From positions 640,001 through 704,000 of the forward strand of contig CAVTRN010000001.1 in the NCBI GenBank assembly GCA_963737155.1: 64,000 nt of DNA, in the 5' to 3' direction. The number at the start of each line of letters is the position of its first letter. The stretch's first letter is position 1. The position numbers were made by a program, and so were the translations under genes. The notes beneath the pieces are model-generated. The model had not been told where the DNA came from. It made no database searches and was given only the letters and a program-made list of their open reading frames with translations. The stretch comes from Nitrospirota bacterium. Lineage in GTDB: Bacteria > Nitrospirota > UBA9217. Positions 30,336 to 41,600 of this stretch are shown here, piece after piece.

Positions 30336-31112
30336 CTAGCGCAGCACCGTGGTTTTCTCTTTGAGTATGCCCACTAGCTGATCGGCCATCGTCACTACAT
30401 CGCCCTCGAGGACGATCCCCCCACACTTTTTGAGCGGCGGATAAAACATCTCGGTAATTGCAAGGGGTCCTTCATCCAGAAGCGCTACGACCTGGATGGT
30501 TTTAATTTCCTTTTTTTTGGCCTTCATGATGTTGGGGAGGGTCGGGTAGCGTGGGACGTTAAGTCCTAGCTCGCAGGTGAGCAGTGCCGGGATCTTCAAT
30601 TTCACGATACCTTTGATCCCCCCCTCCAACTCACGTTTTCCTGTGACAATACCGTCGGCATATTCAAAACCGACCAAGGTGGTAGCACAGGCATAGCCGA
30701 GCAGTTCAGCCACGGTAACGCCTACCTGGGCCGAGCCCCGATCCTCCGATTGCATACCGGTGAAGATCAGATCAAAGTTCTGGCCTTTTGCATACTTGGC
30801 AATAATGGAAGCGATCTGCCACGGGTCCTTGAGCTGCGCTGCCGGATCCTGGACATGCATTCCCCGGTCACACCCCATGGCCAGTGCCTTTTTGATCGCC
30901 TCCCGCACGCGATCCGGGCCGATGGAAAGTACCGTCACCTCGGGAATATTGCACAGTTGTTCTTTGAGCTGCACAGCCTGCTCCACTGCGAATTCATCAT
31001 ATTCGTTCATCCGCCAAGCGATGTCGGACTCATCGTACCAGATGCCCTCCGTGTTCGGCTTAAATCTCGACTCCATGTCAGGAACCTGTTTAATGCAGAC
31101 AAGTATTTTCAT
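30336..31112 (-). CDS. etfB: Electron transfer flavoprotein beta subunit
   Basis: MKILVCIKQVPD, MNEYDEFAVE, ALAMGCD, NVPRYPTLPNIMKAKKK. Start set at ATG 31112. Confidence 0.96.
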   Translation of the reverse strand: MKILVCIKQVPDMESRFKPNTEGIWYDESDIAWRMNEYDEFAVEQAVQLKEQLCNIPEVTVLSIGPDRVREAIKKALAMGCDRGMHVQDPAAQLKDPWQIASIIAKYAKGQNFDLIFTGMQSEDRGSAQVGVTVAELLGYACATTLVGFEYADGIVTGKRELEGGIKGIVKLKIPALLTCELGLNVPRYPTLPNIMKAKKKEIKTIQVVALLDEGPLAITEMFYPPLKKCGGIVLEGDVVTMADQLVGILKEKTTVLR

Positions 31113-33098
31113 TTTTTCCACGTATTCTCTCGGCGACAATCTCCGTCAAGTCCTTAACCATCAATTCCCCTTCCCAACCTCCAGTCTTAATCCCATCCTC
31201 GAACATGGTGAGGCAGAAGGGACAGCTAGAAACAAGCAGCGGGACGCCGGTGTCCTTCGCCATCTGCACCCGCTTCACACTAATGTGGTCGCCGATCTTC
31301 TCCTCGGCCAGATCCGGCCACCACCTGCACCGCAGCAAAAGCTATCGTAGCCCGACTTCGCCATCTCCATCAATTGCCCTCCCGCCGCCAAAAGCACTTC
31401 CCGTGGCTCTTTGATGATATCCATGTACCGTCCTAGATAGCAGGAGTCGTGGTAAGTAAAATCGAATCGCTCGGGTGTGAGCATCAATCTCTGTTCTTTC
31501 AGTAGCTTGTCAAGGAAGGTTGCAGAGTGTTCCACCGGTAGATCAAGCCCCAGGTCTTTATAATCTCGTGCCAGGGTGTTAAAGCAGTGAGGACAGGTGG
31601 AAACGATCTTCTTGATGCCGTACCCCTTGATCAATTCTATGTTCTGGGCCGCCATCATCTGGTAGAGGTATTCGTTGCCGAGTTTGCGGACTGGCTCACC
31701 GCAGCATTTTTCCTCTTTGCCGAGAATGCCAACCCTAACCCCTGCGGCAGTGCAGATCTCCACAAAGTTTCTTGCCACTTCCTGGTTCCTCTTGTCAAAA
31801 GAAGCATAGCAGCCAACGAAATAGAGGATATCGACTTCCGTGCCGCTCTCCATAAGGGTTACCGGGAGGCCGTTGATCCACTCGCCGCGGGCCGCAAAAA
31901 CCAGGCCAAAGGGGTTGCCATTCACCTCCACGTTGCTGACCGCGGTCCTCACCTCGTTGCCAGGAAATGAACCCTCCATGAGGGTCAGGTGGCGGCGCAT
32001 CTCGATGATCTTGTTCACATGCTCGACATTGGCCGGGCAGATATCCTGGCAGGCGCGGCATGTGGTGCAGGACCAGAGGGCTTCCTGGCCAATAGTTTCT
32101 ATCAGTCCGGAGTCTGGAGAGCTCTCGGCGATCTCGCCCACCTGTTTGATCAGTTTCATGGGGGAGAGCGGTTTTCCGGTGGCTGTGGCGGGACAACGGT
32201 CCTGGCAACGCTTACAACCCATGCAAGCGTCGGCATCGAAAATATCCTTCCAAGTCAGATCGGTGATCTTTGCGGCCCCGAACTGGTCAACTTCTTCTTG
32301 AATTAGGTTTATGGTAGCGATTGATCCCTTCGGTTCTAACGGCGCAAAAAAAGCGTTGGCACTGGTAGTGACGATGTGTCGCAGTTTGGTGTAGGGGATG
32401 GCGCAAATCAAACCAAGAACTAGGACGAAGTGGCCCCACCAGAGGATTTTGTGCGTGATCAGGATCGACGGGAGATCAAATCCGTTAAACAACCGTGCGA
32501 CGACATAGCCGACAGGAGAAAAGAAAGCCAAGGCATGGTTCTGGTGGAGTTCGGTGGCAGCTATCCGCGCACCTTCGATCAGAAATCCGGTGCTCAGTAT
32601 GGCAAGGAGAAGTTGATGGATGAGGTAATGCTGGCCAGTGGTTTCAAGCCCTTCGGGCTTCTTGATGAACCGTCTGTAGAAGAGCCCCCCCAGCATTAAC
32701 AGCGCAACCAGCCCAGCCAGATCCAATACCAGCTTGTACCCCATATAGAACGCGCCGGAAAGAATATTGACCTTCATGATCGGCGTAAAGAAATCGACTT
32801 GGAGCATCACTACCAGAGTGCCGACGAAGAGGGTGAGGAATCCCCAGAAGAATAGGGAGTGGAAAAGGCCACCATCTCTTACCCTGACAACCTTTTTCTG
32901 GCCGAGCGCCTCGGCGATAAGCAACTTAAAGCGCTCCTTGAGATGGTCGAAACGATTGAGTGACTTACCCAACTGATAGAGTGACAGACGCTTCCAGAAT
33001 CCCCATACGCAGAAGGCAATTGCTAGGAACGATAAGAGGTACATGGGCCAAACGGCCCCGTGCCCGACATTCCAGAATATTTCTCTGGTCGCTTCCAT
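31090..33098 (-). CDS. Membrane heme-b/Fe-S oxidoreductase (HdrD/FadF-like, ETF:menaquinone oxidoreductase type); one base missing near 31310
   Basis: N-terminal transmembrane segments with His residues, CMGCKRCQDRCP and CTTCRACQDICP, two CCG domains. The last domain continues in another frame (LAEEKIG...SSCPFCLTMFEDG), so the gene runs to the stop at 31090 if the frameshift is corrected. Confidence 0.88.
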
Positions 33099-33176
33099 AG
33101 TCTGACTTCTATTCATCAGCAATTTTCGGATAAGGTACGACCGTCACAGCAATTCTTCATAGTGCCTTCCGACTCT

Positions 33177-33839
33177 TTATCCTAGGGGCAATGCATCACT
33201 GGCGATAGGAAGCTTAGTTGCCGGTTCACCGATGAATACGCTTTTATCTTCTATAGTTTCGAGTATAATCGCTCCTGCACCAATCACGCATTCTTTTCCG
33301 ATTGATACTTTATTCCTTATCGTTGCGTTTGCACCTAAGTAGGAACCCGAGCCGATATCCACGCTTCCCGCAACAGATACCCCGGGCGAAAAGAAACAAT
33401 GATCGCCGATGGTAACATCGTGAGCTATCATACAACCATTTGCTATAATTACATTGCTCCCAATCTTTGCGTCAGGAGAAACTACAGTATAATGACCAAT
33501 AATACAGTTATCTCCAATTGCGGTTTCAGGCTGTATAATTGAATGAGGGCTTATAAAATTTATCAAATTATAACCCATTTCTTTTGATCGAAAGTACCTC
33601 TCTTTCCTTATTTTGTTATTATGCACGTAACCAACTGCTATCAACATTCTATGCCCATCCGGCGGGAATGCAGATTCAACAGTATCAAACGGTAAAATGG
33701 GCAGATTACAAAGACTGTCGGATTCCAAATATTCTCTGTCTACGGTAAAACCCACTACCTCGTAATGAGAATAATTTTTAAGGTAAAAAAAGGATTCTCG
33801 AGCCATAGATTTATTTCCATAAATTACAACTTTTTCCAT
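33177..33839 (-). CDS. NeuD/PglD/VioB family left-handed beta-helix sugar acyltransferase (copy 2)
   Basis: VVIYGN..AR N-domain, IAVGY, hexapeptide repeats, catalytic-type IAHD, IGAGA. Start set at ATG 33839. Confidence 0.9.
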   Translation of the reverse strand: MEKVVIYGNKSMARESFFYLKNYSHYEVVGFTVDREYLESDSLCNLPILPFDTVESAFPPDGHRMLIAVGYVHNNKIRKERYFRSKEMGYNLINFISPHSIIQPETAIGDNCIIGHYTVVSPDAKIGSNVIIANGCMIAHDVTIGDHCFFSPGVSVAGSVDIGSGSYLGANATIRNKVSIGKECVIGAGAIILETIEDKSVFIGEPATKLPIASDALPLG

Positions 33840-33904
33840 GTACAATTCTCCTCTCGAAGTCCGTGTCAAATACCGCCGTCCGGTTCTGCGTAATTAATCA
33901 GAAA

Positions 33905-36505
33905 TTAAGAAGAGGTATCTATTATCTTGTAAACATTTTCCAAATCAACCTTTTCTTTCTTTGCATTTATAAATTCGGCCTTATGAGCTTTAGCTTTTTC
34001 GATTAACAAAGCTAACTTTGACACCGTCCGTTCTTGAAAAATTACACTTAAAGGGATTTTTATTTTGAAAGTCTGATTGATTTTTGCTATTAAATTTGCA
34101 CTACTAAGTAAATTACCACCTAACTCAAAAAAATCATCGTTTACGCCAATTATTTCTAATTGAAGCACTGTCTGCCAGATGTTAGTGACTGTGCGCTCTA
34201 TCTCCATTCGTACCGCTAAATGAGCGGTTTCTAATTCCGGCCGGAGGTCATCAGGCAACGGTAGGGAAAGGCGGTCTATCTTACCACTTCGTGTCAAAGG
34301 AAACTTCTCCAATATCACGAAAGCATTCGGCACCATGTTCTCCGGTATCTTCATTCTCAAATAATCACGCAATGCGCTCAAGGAGGGAATCTCTCCATCA
34401 TTCAGAACTAGATAAACCACTAACTGCTTGTCTCCATTAGCATCTCCTGTGACTACCGCAACCCCCTTCCGAACGTTTGGATACTGGTCAAGCATCTCCT
34501 CGATCCGCCGAATATTCTCGCTTGTACCCGTAACTTCTGTCAAAAAATCGGCCAAATCGGAAATGGTAGAGCATTCAAACAGGGTCTGGATTGGTAGATC
34601 AAGATTGTAGACATCCCGGATATGCGACACAGCCTTAATCGCCAGTAATGAATGCCCACCCAAATCAAAAAAACTGTCGTTGATCCCGATATTCTCTACT
34701 TTTAGCAATTCGGTCCAAATGGCAGCGAGGGCCTTTTCGGTTTCCGTGTGTGGCCTGACGAAATCGTGGGAGGCTGCGAGATTATCGGAAGTGGGCGCCG
34801 GCAGAGATTTTCGATCAATCTTTCCGTTCGATGTGAGCGGCAGCCGGTCCAGCCTGATAAAATAGGGGGGGAGCATGTAAGCGGGCAATTCCTGGGCGAG
34901 GTGGGCGCGCAGCTCCGCCGCGTTCAACGACTTCTCGCTCACATAATATGCGACCAGCCTATTGATACTCATCTCACCAGTTTTCGACGGCTCAGCGCTG
35001 TCCGCCATTTGTTTGCTGTCCCAGCCAACTACATCGACTACACACTCGCGAACGTCGGCGTGTTTCAGGAGACGGGCCTCGATCTCCCCCAGCTCAATGC
35101 GTACGCCGCCAACTTTCACCTGATTATCAACGCGTCCCAGGAATTCCATGCTTCCCTTGGCGTTCCATCGAGCGAGATCTCCAGTCTTGTAGAGGCGCAA
35201 CAACGCTGACCCAATGACTGATGATTTTGCTGCCGGCAAATTTTGTCTCGGGTCCTTCGCCGTTACGAATTTCTCCTCGGTGAGCTCTGGCCGATTGACG
35301 TAGCCGCGGGCCAATCCATCCCCTGCTATGCACATCTCGCCTATGTCGCCAATGGGCACAGGGTTGAGGTTCTCGTCGAGAATAAAGATGCAGGTATTGG
35401 CAGCAGGATTTCCAATGGGGACCGAAGGGGCGAGATCGTTCTCTCTATCATAACGGTGAATCATGCAACCGACGGTGGCCTCCGTGGGGCCGTACTCGTT
35501 GTATATCTCCACCGGGTAGCCGGCGTTGCGAGTGATATCGCTTGCCAGCTCAGTCTTGAAATCCTCGCCGCCGACGATGAACTTGCGAATCTTGGTGGCA
35601 CTCGAGACCATCCCTTTTATCATGGCAAGGTGAGCTGGCGTCAGCTTCACGATGTCAGCCACGTTGTCCTCAATAACTTTGAAAATCACCGTGCCGTGCA
35701 CACCCGGGTCTTCATGATAGACGACAATGCGGCCACCGGAAATAAGGGGCGTGAATATCGATGTTACCGTGAGATCAAATGCAAGAGAGGAAAACAATGG
35801 CCAGGTCAGCCGTTCACCCCTGCAGTACTTCTCGTTCGCCCACCAGATGTAATTCACCAAGCTACGGTGCTCGATCATAACGCCCTTGGGCGTGCCTGTG
35901 GAGCCGGAAGTGTAGATAACGTAGGCGAGATTGTTTGGGGACACGGGAAACCGTGGATTTGTGACCGGATATTGCCCGATCGAAGCGAAGTCGGCATCCA
36001 ACGTTATCACTCGCGCTATGCCGTCCGGAAGGTCCCTCGCAAAACTCGATTGGGTCACCAACACGGGCATAGTTCCCGCAAGTCCTTTTGCAATATCCTG
36101 CAATATGAAGACAAGGCGCTCTTTCGGGGTGTTAATATCAATAGGCACATATGCAGCACCAGCCTTAAGCACTCCGAGCATTGAGCAAACAACCTCGATT
36201 GAGTTTCCCATGTACAGGGCGACGAGTTGATCCGCATCGGTGCCGAGTGTGCGGAGTTTCACTGCCATCTGATTCGCGCGGTCGTTCAGCTCACGATACG
36301 TCAACCCTTGATCGCCAGAATGGATGGCCTCATCCTCTGGCGTGCGCTCTACCTGGGCTTCAAAGAGTTCAACTATTGTTTTGTCTGCGGGATATGGCGC
36401 CGCAGACTTGTTGTATTCGATAACCAGCGACTGATACCCGCGCTCCAACTGAGGGGCTAACGAATCGATGGGCCGATCGATCACGTAGTCTTTTTCATTG
36501 CTCAT
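33905..36505 (-). CDS. NRPS: A(Asn-type)-T-orphan A-subdomain-T(lacking Ser)
   Basis: LAYVIYTSGSTGTPKG, NEYGPTE, YKTGDL, NGKIDR, T motif FFDLGGHSL, followed by an isolated A C-terminal subdomain (SGKIDR) and FFELGGNLL. Confidence 0.9.
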   Translation of the reverse strand: MSNEKDYVIDRPIDSLAPQLERGYQSLVIEYNKSAAPYPADKTIVELFEAQVERTPEDEAIHSGDQGLTYRELNDRANQMAVKLRTLGTDADQLVALYMGNSIEVVCSMLGVLKAGAAYVPIDINTPKERLVFILQDIAKGLAGTMPVLVTQSSFARDLPDGIARVITLDADFASIGQYPVTNPRFPVSPNNLAYVIYTSGSTGTPKGVMIEHRSLVNYIWWANEKYCRGERLTWPLFSSLAFDLTVTSIFTPLISGGRIVVYHEDPGVHGTVIFKVIEDNVADIVKLTPAHLAMIKGMVSSATKIRKFIVGGEDFKTELASDITRNAGYPVEIYNEYGPTEATVGCMIHRYDRENDLAPSVPIGNPAANTCIFILDENLNPVPIGDIGEMCIAGDGLARGYVNRPELTEEKFVTAKDPRQNLPAAKSSVIGSALLRLYKTGDLARWNAKGSMEFLGRVDNQVKVGGVRIELGEIEARLLKHADVRECVVDVVGWDSKQMADSAEPSKTGEMSINRLVAYYVSEKSLNAAELRAHLAQELPAYMLPPYFIRLDRLPLTSNGKIDRKSLPAPTSDNLAASHDFVRPHTETEKALAAIWTELLKVENIGINDSFFDLGGHSLLAIKAVSHIRDVYNLDLPIQTLFECSTISDLADFLTEVTGTSENIRRIEEMLDQYPNVRKGVAVVTGDANGDKQLVVYLVLNDGEIPSLSALRDYLRMKIPENMVPNAFVILEKFPLTRSGKIDRLSLPLPDDLRPELETAHLAVRMEIERTVTNIWQTVLQLEIIGVNDDFFELGGNLLSSANLIAKINQTFKIKIPLSVIFQERTVSKLALLIEKAKAHKAEFINAKKEKVDLENVYKIIDTSS

Positions 36506-36510
36506 ATGCT
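34632..36510. repeat. Near-identical ~1.88 kb direct repeat, copy B (A-T didomain)
   Basis: Matches 45113-46991 at offset 10481, with about 7 mismatches seen by eye. Confidence 0.95.
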
Positions 36511-36704
36511 ATTCTCATCTATTTCTTTATTTATCTGTGTAGCTGGATTGAGAGAAGAGTGCACAACTGACATATCACCTTGAGCCTTATTATATTATGA
36601 AGAAAAATACACCTAAACCCGTCTATCTGCCTACGATTCTTGAGCGTACTTTAGCGGGTTTTGGTTGATAAAGTTTCGCGTTCGATAAAAATCATTTCTT
36701 GAAT

Positions 36705-37661
36705 TCAAGTTATCCCCCATCGCCAGCACTTTAATTCTAATAAATTGCTATTTACAGCAAAAGCGCCTATATAATTAATGGCAGGCTTCAAACTTTGAAT
36801 CGACCATCGGGAAGCCTTTCTTGCGTCGCCTTCAGTTCCGATTAGCTCAGATGATTCCCCCGGGATCAATGATACATCAAATTTGTCTAGGGGCCGAGAC
36901 AAGCCTTCTCCGAGTGCTTTTACAATAGCCTCCTTGCAAGTCCAGCCTTTAAAGAAAGCTTCTCTCTTCTGGCTCTGAGGAAGCGCACGAAAAGCCTCTT
37001 TTTCTTTAATAGAAAAGAAACGTTCAACAATCTGTTCCATCTCAGACATGTCATGAACGTATTCAATGTCCACACCTATTTCATGGTTTCGAGCGAAGGC
37101 AAAAAGGGCAGCTCCATTTGAATGGGAAAGGTTAAAATGAATAGTGCGTCTCACGAATGGCCCTGCAATCTCAGGCTTTCCGTTTTCCCCCTGATTAAAC
37201 CGCAATTTGTCTGCTTGAACGCTCAGGTAACGTCCCAGAATCGTTCTCAGAATGCCATGTCTGGAGATGAACCACTTCCTGTCTTTCTGAAAATAAAACC
37301 GGTCAGCCCTCATTCTTTCATCAATGGAGAGTGTCTGCATAAACCTGTGCAATTCGGCGTCTGTTTGATCAAGGACAACAAACCAAATGTGGATTTCGTC
37401 ATCTGTCAATTTTAAGTCCAGAGGCGGAATTTCAAACGGAGGACAAAGATTTGTTAAATATTCGACTTCGGCGCTGGAATGTGTGTGTCCGATTTCAATG
37501 ACCATAATTTTCACGATTTCAGCAATGCAGAACTTACACTTTTTGTTTTGCCCCTGTGCGATCCGTGACTCCCGAAGTTCGGTAACTTCGAGTCTTTGAG
37601 CTCTCGTCCGCACTTTCCGGTCTAAACGCTTGGCGTTGGGGCTAGCCAAAACTTGGTTCAC
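36705..37661 (-). CDS. Sfp-type 4'-phosphopantetheinyl transferase; true start probably at or after 37505
   Basis: LSIDERMRADRF, NGKP, FNLSHS, IGVDIE, WTCKEAIVKALGEGL. Confidence 0.93.
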   Translation of the reverse strand: MNQVLASPNAKRLDRKVRTRAQRLEVTELRESRIAQGQNKKCKFCIAEIVKIMVIEIGHTHSSAEVEYLTNLCPPFEIPPLDLKLTDDEIHIWFVVLDQTDAELHRFMQTLSIDERMRADRFYFQKDRKWFISRHGILRTILGRYLSVQADKLRFNQGENGKPEIAGPFVRRTIHFNLSHSNGAALFAFARNHEIGVDIEYVHDMSEMEQIVERFFSIKEKEAFRALPQSQKREAFFKGWTCKEAIVKALGEGLSRPLDKFDVSLIPGESSELIGTEGDARKASRWSIQSLKPAINYIGAFAVNSNLLELKCWRWGIT

Positions 37662-37879
37662 CAGATTCTTTATGATGAAAGCTCAGAATAATCTCGCAGA
37701 CGGTTTCAACATTGGATAAGATAGACTACCGTAAATCAATAGTGGCGATTTGCAATCCGCTTTTATGACACTGCAATAACATTTTCTTCATGGCCGAGCC
37801 TCCTATTACCTTAGAGGTCAATCCGTTGAAATCGTTCAGGAGACTTTTTTATGGAGAACAGCGGTGAAACGACCACTTC

Positions 37880-38542
37880 TCATCCAAGGGGTAATTCATC
37901 GCTGAAAATATCAAGCTTAGTTGCCGGTTCACCAAGATATACGCTTCTATCTTCTATATTTTCAAGTATAATCGCTCCTGCACCGATAACGCATTCTTTC
38001 CCCAGCGATACCCTATTCCTTATTGTTGCATTTGTACCTAAGAAGCAACCTGACCCGACATTCACGCTTCCCGAGACAGACACGCTATTTGAAAAAAAGC
38101 AATGGTCGCCAATAACGACGTCGTGCGCTATCGCACAATTATTTCCGATAATTACATTATTCCCAATTTTAGCATCCGGCCCAATTACAGAGTAATGGCT
38201 GATAGTACAGTTATCCCCAATTTCTGTTCCGGGATGTACAATTGAATGAGGGCTTATATAATTTACCAGCGAATAGCCCATTTCCTTTGCCCGCAGGTAC
38301 CTATCTTTTCTTATATTGTTGTTCTGCACATAACCGACTGCTATCAACATTTTATGCCTGTTCGGCGGGTATACAGTTTCGATAACATCAAAAGGGATGA
38401 CGGGCAGTTGAAAAAGACTGTCCGATTCCAAATACTCTCTGTCTACGGTAAAACCGACGATCTTATAATCGGAATGTTGCTTTAGACCAAGGTAGATTTC
38501 TCGAGCCATAGATTTATTTCCAAAAATTATCACGTTCTCCAC
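37880..38542 (-). CDS. NeuD/PglD/VioB family left-handed beta-helix sugar acyltransferase (copy 1)
   Basis: GTG start, VIIFGN..AR, IAVGY, hexapeptide repeats, IAHD. Close paralogue of 33177-33839. Confidence 0.9.
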   Translation of the reverse strand: MENVIIFGNKSMAREIYLGLKQHSDYKIVGFTVDREYLESDSLFQLPVIPFDVIETVYPPNRHKMLIAVGYVQNNNIRKDRYLRAKEMGYSLVNYISPHSIVHPGTEIGDNCTISHYSVIGPDAKIGNNVIIGNNCAIAHDVVIGDHCFFSNSVSVSGSVNVGSGCFLGTNATIRNRVSLGKECVIGAGAIILENIEDRSVYLGEPATKLDIFSDELPLG

Positions 38543-38618
38543 GATTCAGCCATCCTTTCGAACTCACTGTCAAACACAGATCTTCGATGCTGTGCAATAA
38601 ATCAGCGATTAAGATAAT

Positions 38619-41600
38619 CTATCCTATCAAGTTAATAGCTTTTTTCAGGTCAGTCCTTTTTTTCTGCAAATTTATCAATTCCGCGTTAGGAATTTTGGAT
38701 TTTTCGACCAAATGAGCTAACTTCGCCACTGTTCGTTCTTGAAAGATTACCTTCATCGGTATATTGACATTGAAAGAATGATTAATCTTTGCTATTAAAT
38801 TCACGCTGCTAAGTGAACTCCCGCCTAAATCAAAAAAATTATCGTTTATGCCTATTTTTTCTAAATGAAGAACCTCCTGCCAGATGGCAGTAATTGTGTT
38901 CTCTATCTCCGTCCGTGAAGCGACGCAGACGGATTCTAATTCGGGGATGATACTCGTCGATACAGGTCCTGCCGCCACCCCTGGAGCAACAAAGACGGGT
39001 CCTAATTCGGAACAAATGCTCGTAGAATCAGGTAGAGCTTGGCGATCTACCTTGCCATTATTGCCAACTGACTCAATAAAAAAGCGCTTCCGCTCAAAGG
39101 GGTAGGTCGGCAAAGGGAGCCGATGGCGTCCCTCATCCGCATAAAATCCCGACCAGTCTATCTGAACTCCGGCGAGCCAGATCCGGCCAAGGGCGTTCAA
39201 AATAAAAGCCGAGTCGGATGTTACGTCTTTTGGATGATGGGTCGAGGCGAGCACAATGTGATCTTTCGTTTTGTTTTGCTGCAGATTTGCCAGCACCATG
39301 AATGTTTGACCCGGCCCAACCTCCAGGAGCACTCGATTGGGTTCTTTCATTAATTCATGCAAACAGTCAGAAAATCGCACGGTAGAGCGCATGTGCCTGG
39401 CCCAATAACCTGGGTCCACAGCTTCACCGGGTGTAATCCAGGTGCCGGTAACATTCGATAAAAAGGGAATTCGGGGCGGCTTTGGGCTGGCCTGTTTTAC
39501 TTTTTCACTAAATACCGATAAAATCGGTTCCATCATTTCCGAATGAAAGGCATGGGAAGTTTTCAAATATTGACAAGCAAGATTCCTAGCCATTAGCTGT
39601 TTTTTTAGATCTTCCAAAGGCTCTTTTTCACCGGAGACAACGCAAAGTGAAGGCCCATTGATGACGGCCAAGGAGAGTTTGCTGCCCAAATATGGCTGTA
39701 TCTCTTTCTCCGAAAGAGGGACGACAAGCATGGAACCGCCGGGAAGATCCTGGATGAGCCGGCCTCTCGCAGCTACAAGCGTCAGGGCATCCTTCAGGGA
39801 AAAAACCCCGGCCAGACAGGCAGCAACATATTCTCCGATGCTGTGCCCTACTAATGCTGCCGGCGTCACTCCCCACGACATCCACAATTTTGCAAGAGCA
39901 TATTCAATGGCGAACAAGGCGGGTTGGGTAATATAGGTTTGCATAAGCAACTGCCCTGACTTTTCCAGGCTATTCTCATTTGGATATAAAACATCTCGTA
40001 AATCGAAGGAAAGATAGGGGTGAAGAATATCTGAGCATTGATCGATCTGTTCTCGAAATACTAATTCTGTTTTATAAAGTTCCAGCCCCATGTTTACGTA
40101 TTGCGATCCTTGGCCGGAAAACATGAAGACGACATCCCGCTTGACAGGTTCCTGAAAGGATGTCAATACCCTCTCCGTATTTAGAGTTTCGAGGACAACG
40201 ACGGCATCGTGGATGTCTCGGCAAACAGCCATTCGACGATGATTGAAAACCTTCCGTTCCTTCTGAAGGGTGTACACAACATCTGCGAAGTCCACTTCAG
40301 GATGCTGCTTCAGGTGCTGAACAAGATTCTTCGTCACATTTTCTAAAGCGTTATTTGTCTTGGCCGAAAGAAGCAGCAGTTTCCATGGCCTGGATTTGCC
40401 CGAAGCCTCGATAACAGGAGCTTCCTCCACAATGACGTGCGCATTGGTGCCGCCTATCCCGAACGAACTGACACCCGCCCGCCGGGGAAACGCATCCGTC
40501 TTCCATTCTGAAAGCTGAGTATTGACATAGAAGGGACTCTGCGCGAAATCAATTTGAGGGTTCGGCTTTTCAAAGTGCAGGCTTGGGGGGATGCACCTGT
40601 TTTTGAGCATGAGGACGGTCTTGATCAATCCCGCTATCCCCGCAGCATTATCAGTATGGCCGATATTCGTTTTTACCGAGCCGATGGCGCAAAACCCTTT
40701 CTTTTGGGTGCCCGCTCGAAATGCCTGAGTAAGAGCGGCAATCTCAATGGGATCGCCCATGGCGGTGGCAGTCCCATGAGTTTCGATATAGGTGATAGAC
40801 TCGGGTTTGACCTCGGCCATCATTTGGGCCGTTCTGATGACCTTTGCCTGACCTTCGACAGAAGGCGCCGTGAAGCCAACCTTGAAAGAACCATCGTTAT
40901 TCAGTGCCGCACCTTTGATGACTGCATGAATGCAGTCTCCGTCGGCAAGCGCTTCTTCCAGCCTCTTTAAAACGACTATCCCCACGGCATTGCTAAAAAC
41001 GGTCCCCTGCGCGCTGGCGTCAAAGGCTTTGCAGTGCCCATCGGGAGAAAAAATCGCTCCATCCTGGTAAAGATACCCTACTTTTTTCGGAAAACTTATT
41101 GAGCTGGCGCCGGCCAAAGCCATATCACATTCCCCGCTCAGCAGGCTTTGACAGGCTTGACAAACAGCCACAAGAGACGTGGAACAGGCGGTTTGAACCA
41201 CAACGCTTGGCCCTCTCAGGTTCATTTTATAGGAGACACGGGTGGTCACAAAATCTTTATCATTGCCGATCATCATTTGGACCGAACCCACTGATTCCAT
41301 AAGGGCACGGTTTGGATAAAGATTATTCAAATAATAATTGTTCATGCCCACCCCCCCCCAAACGCCGATGAGGCCCTCATACCGTTCGGGGTTGTACCCG
41401 GCACTTTCCAATGCTTCCCAGGCGCACTCCAGGAAATGCCGGTGCTGTGGGTCCATGGTCTCTGCTTCCAGGGGAGTAAAGCCAAAGAAGGAGGCGTCAA
41501 ACAACTCTGTATCTTCCAATATCCCCTTGGCTTTTACATAATTGGGATCATGCAATAAAACAGGATCTATTCCAGAAGATTCCAATTCCTCAGCCGTGAA

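Noticed and set aside
35243-36184. 313-aa plus-strand ORF, repeated at 45724-46665
   Set aside because: Antisense shadow of the NRPS A domain; it recurs only because the DNA is duplicated.
37600-37660. TCCGGTCTAAAC resembling part of a c-di-GMP-I riboswitch
   Set aside because: Wrong strand for the neighbouring genes, and the P2 GAAA hairpin and GCAAA elements are absent.
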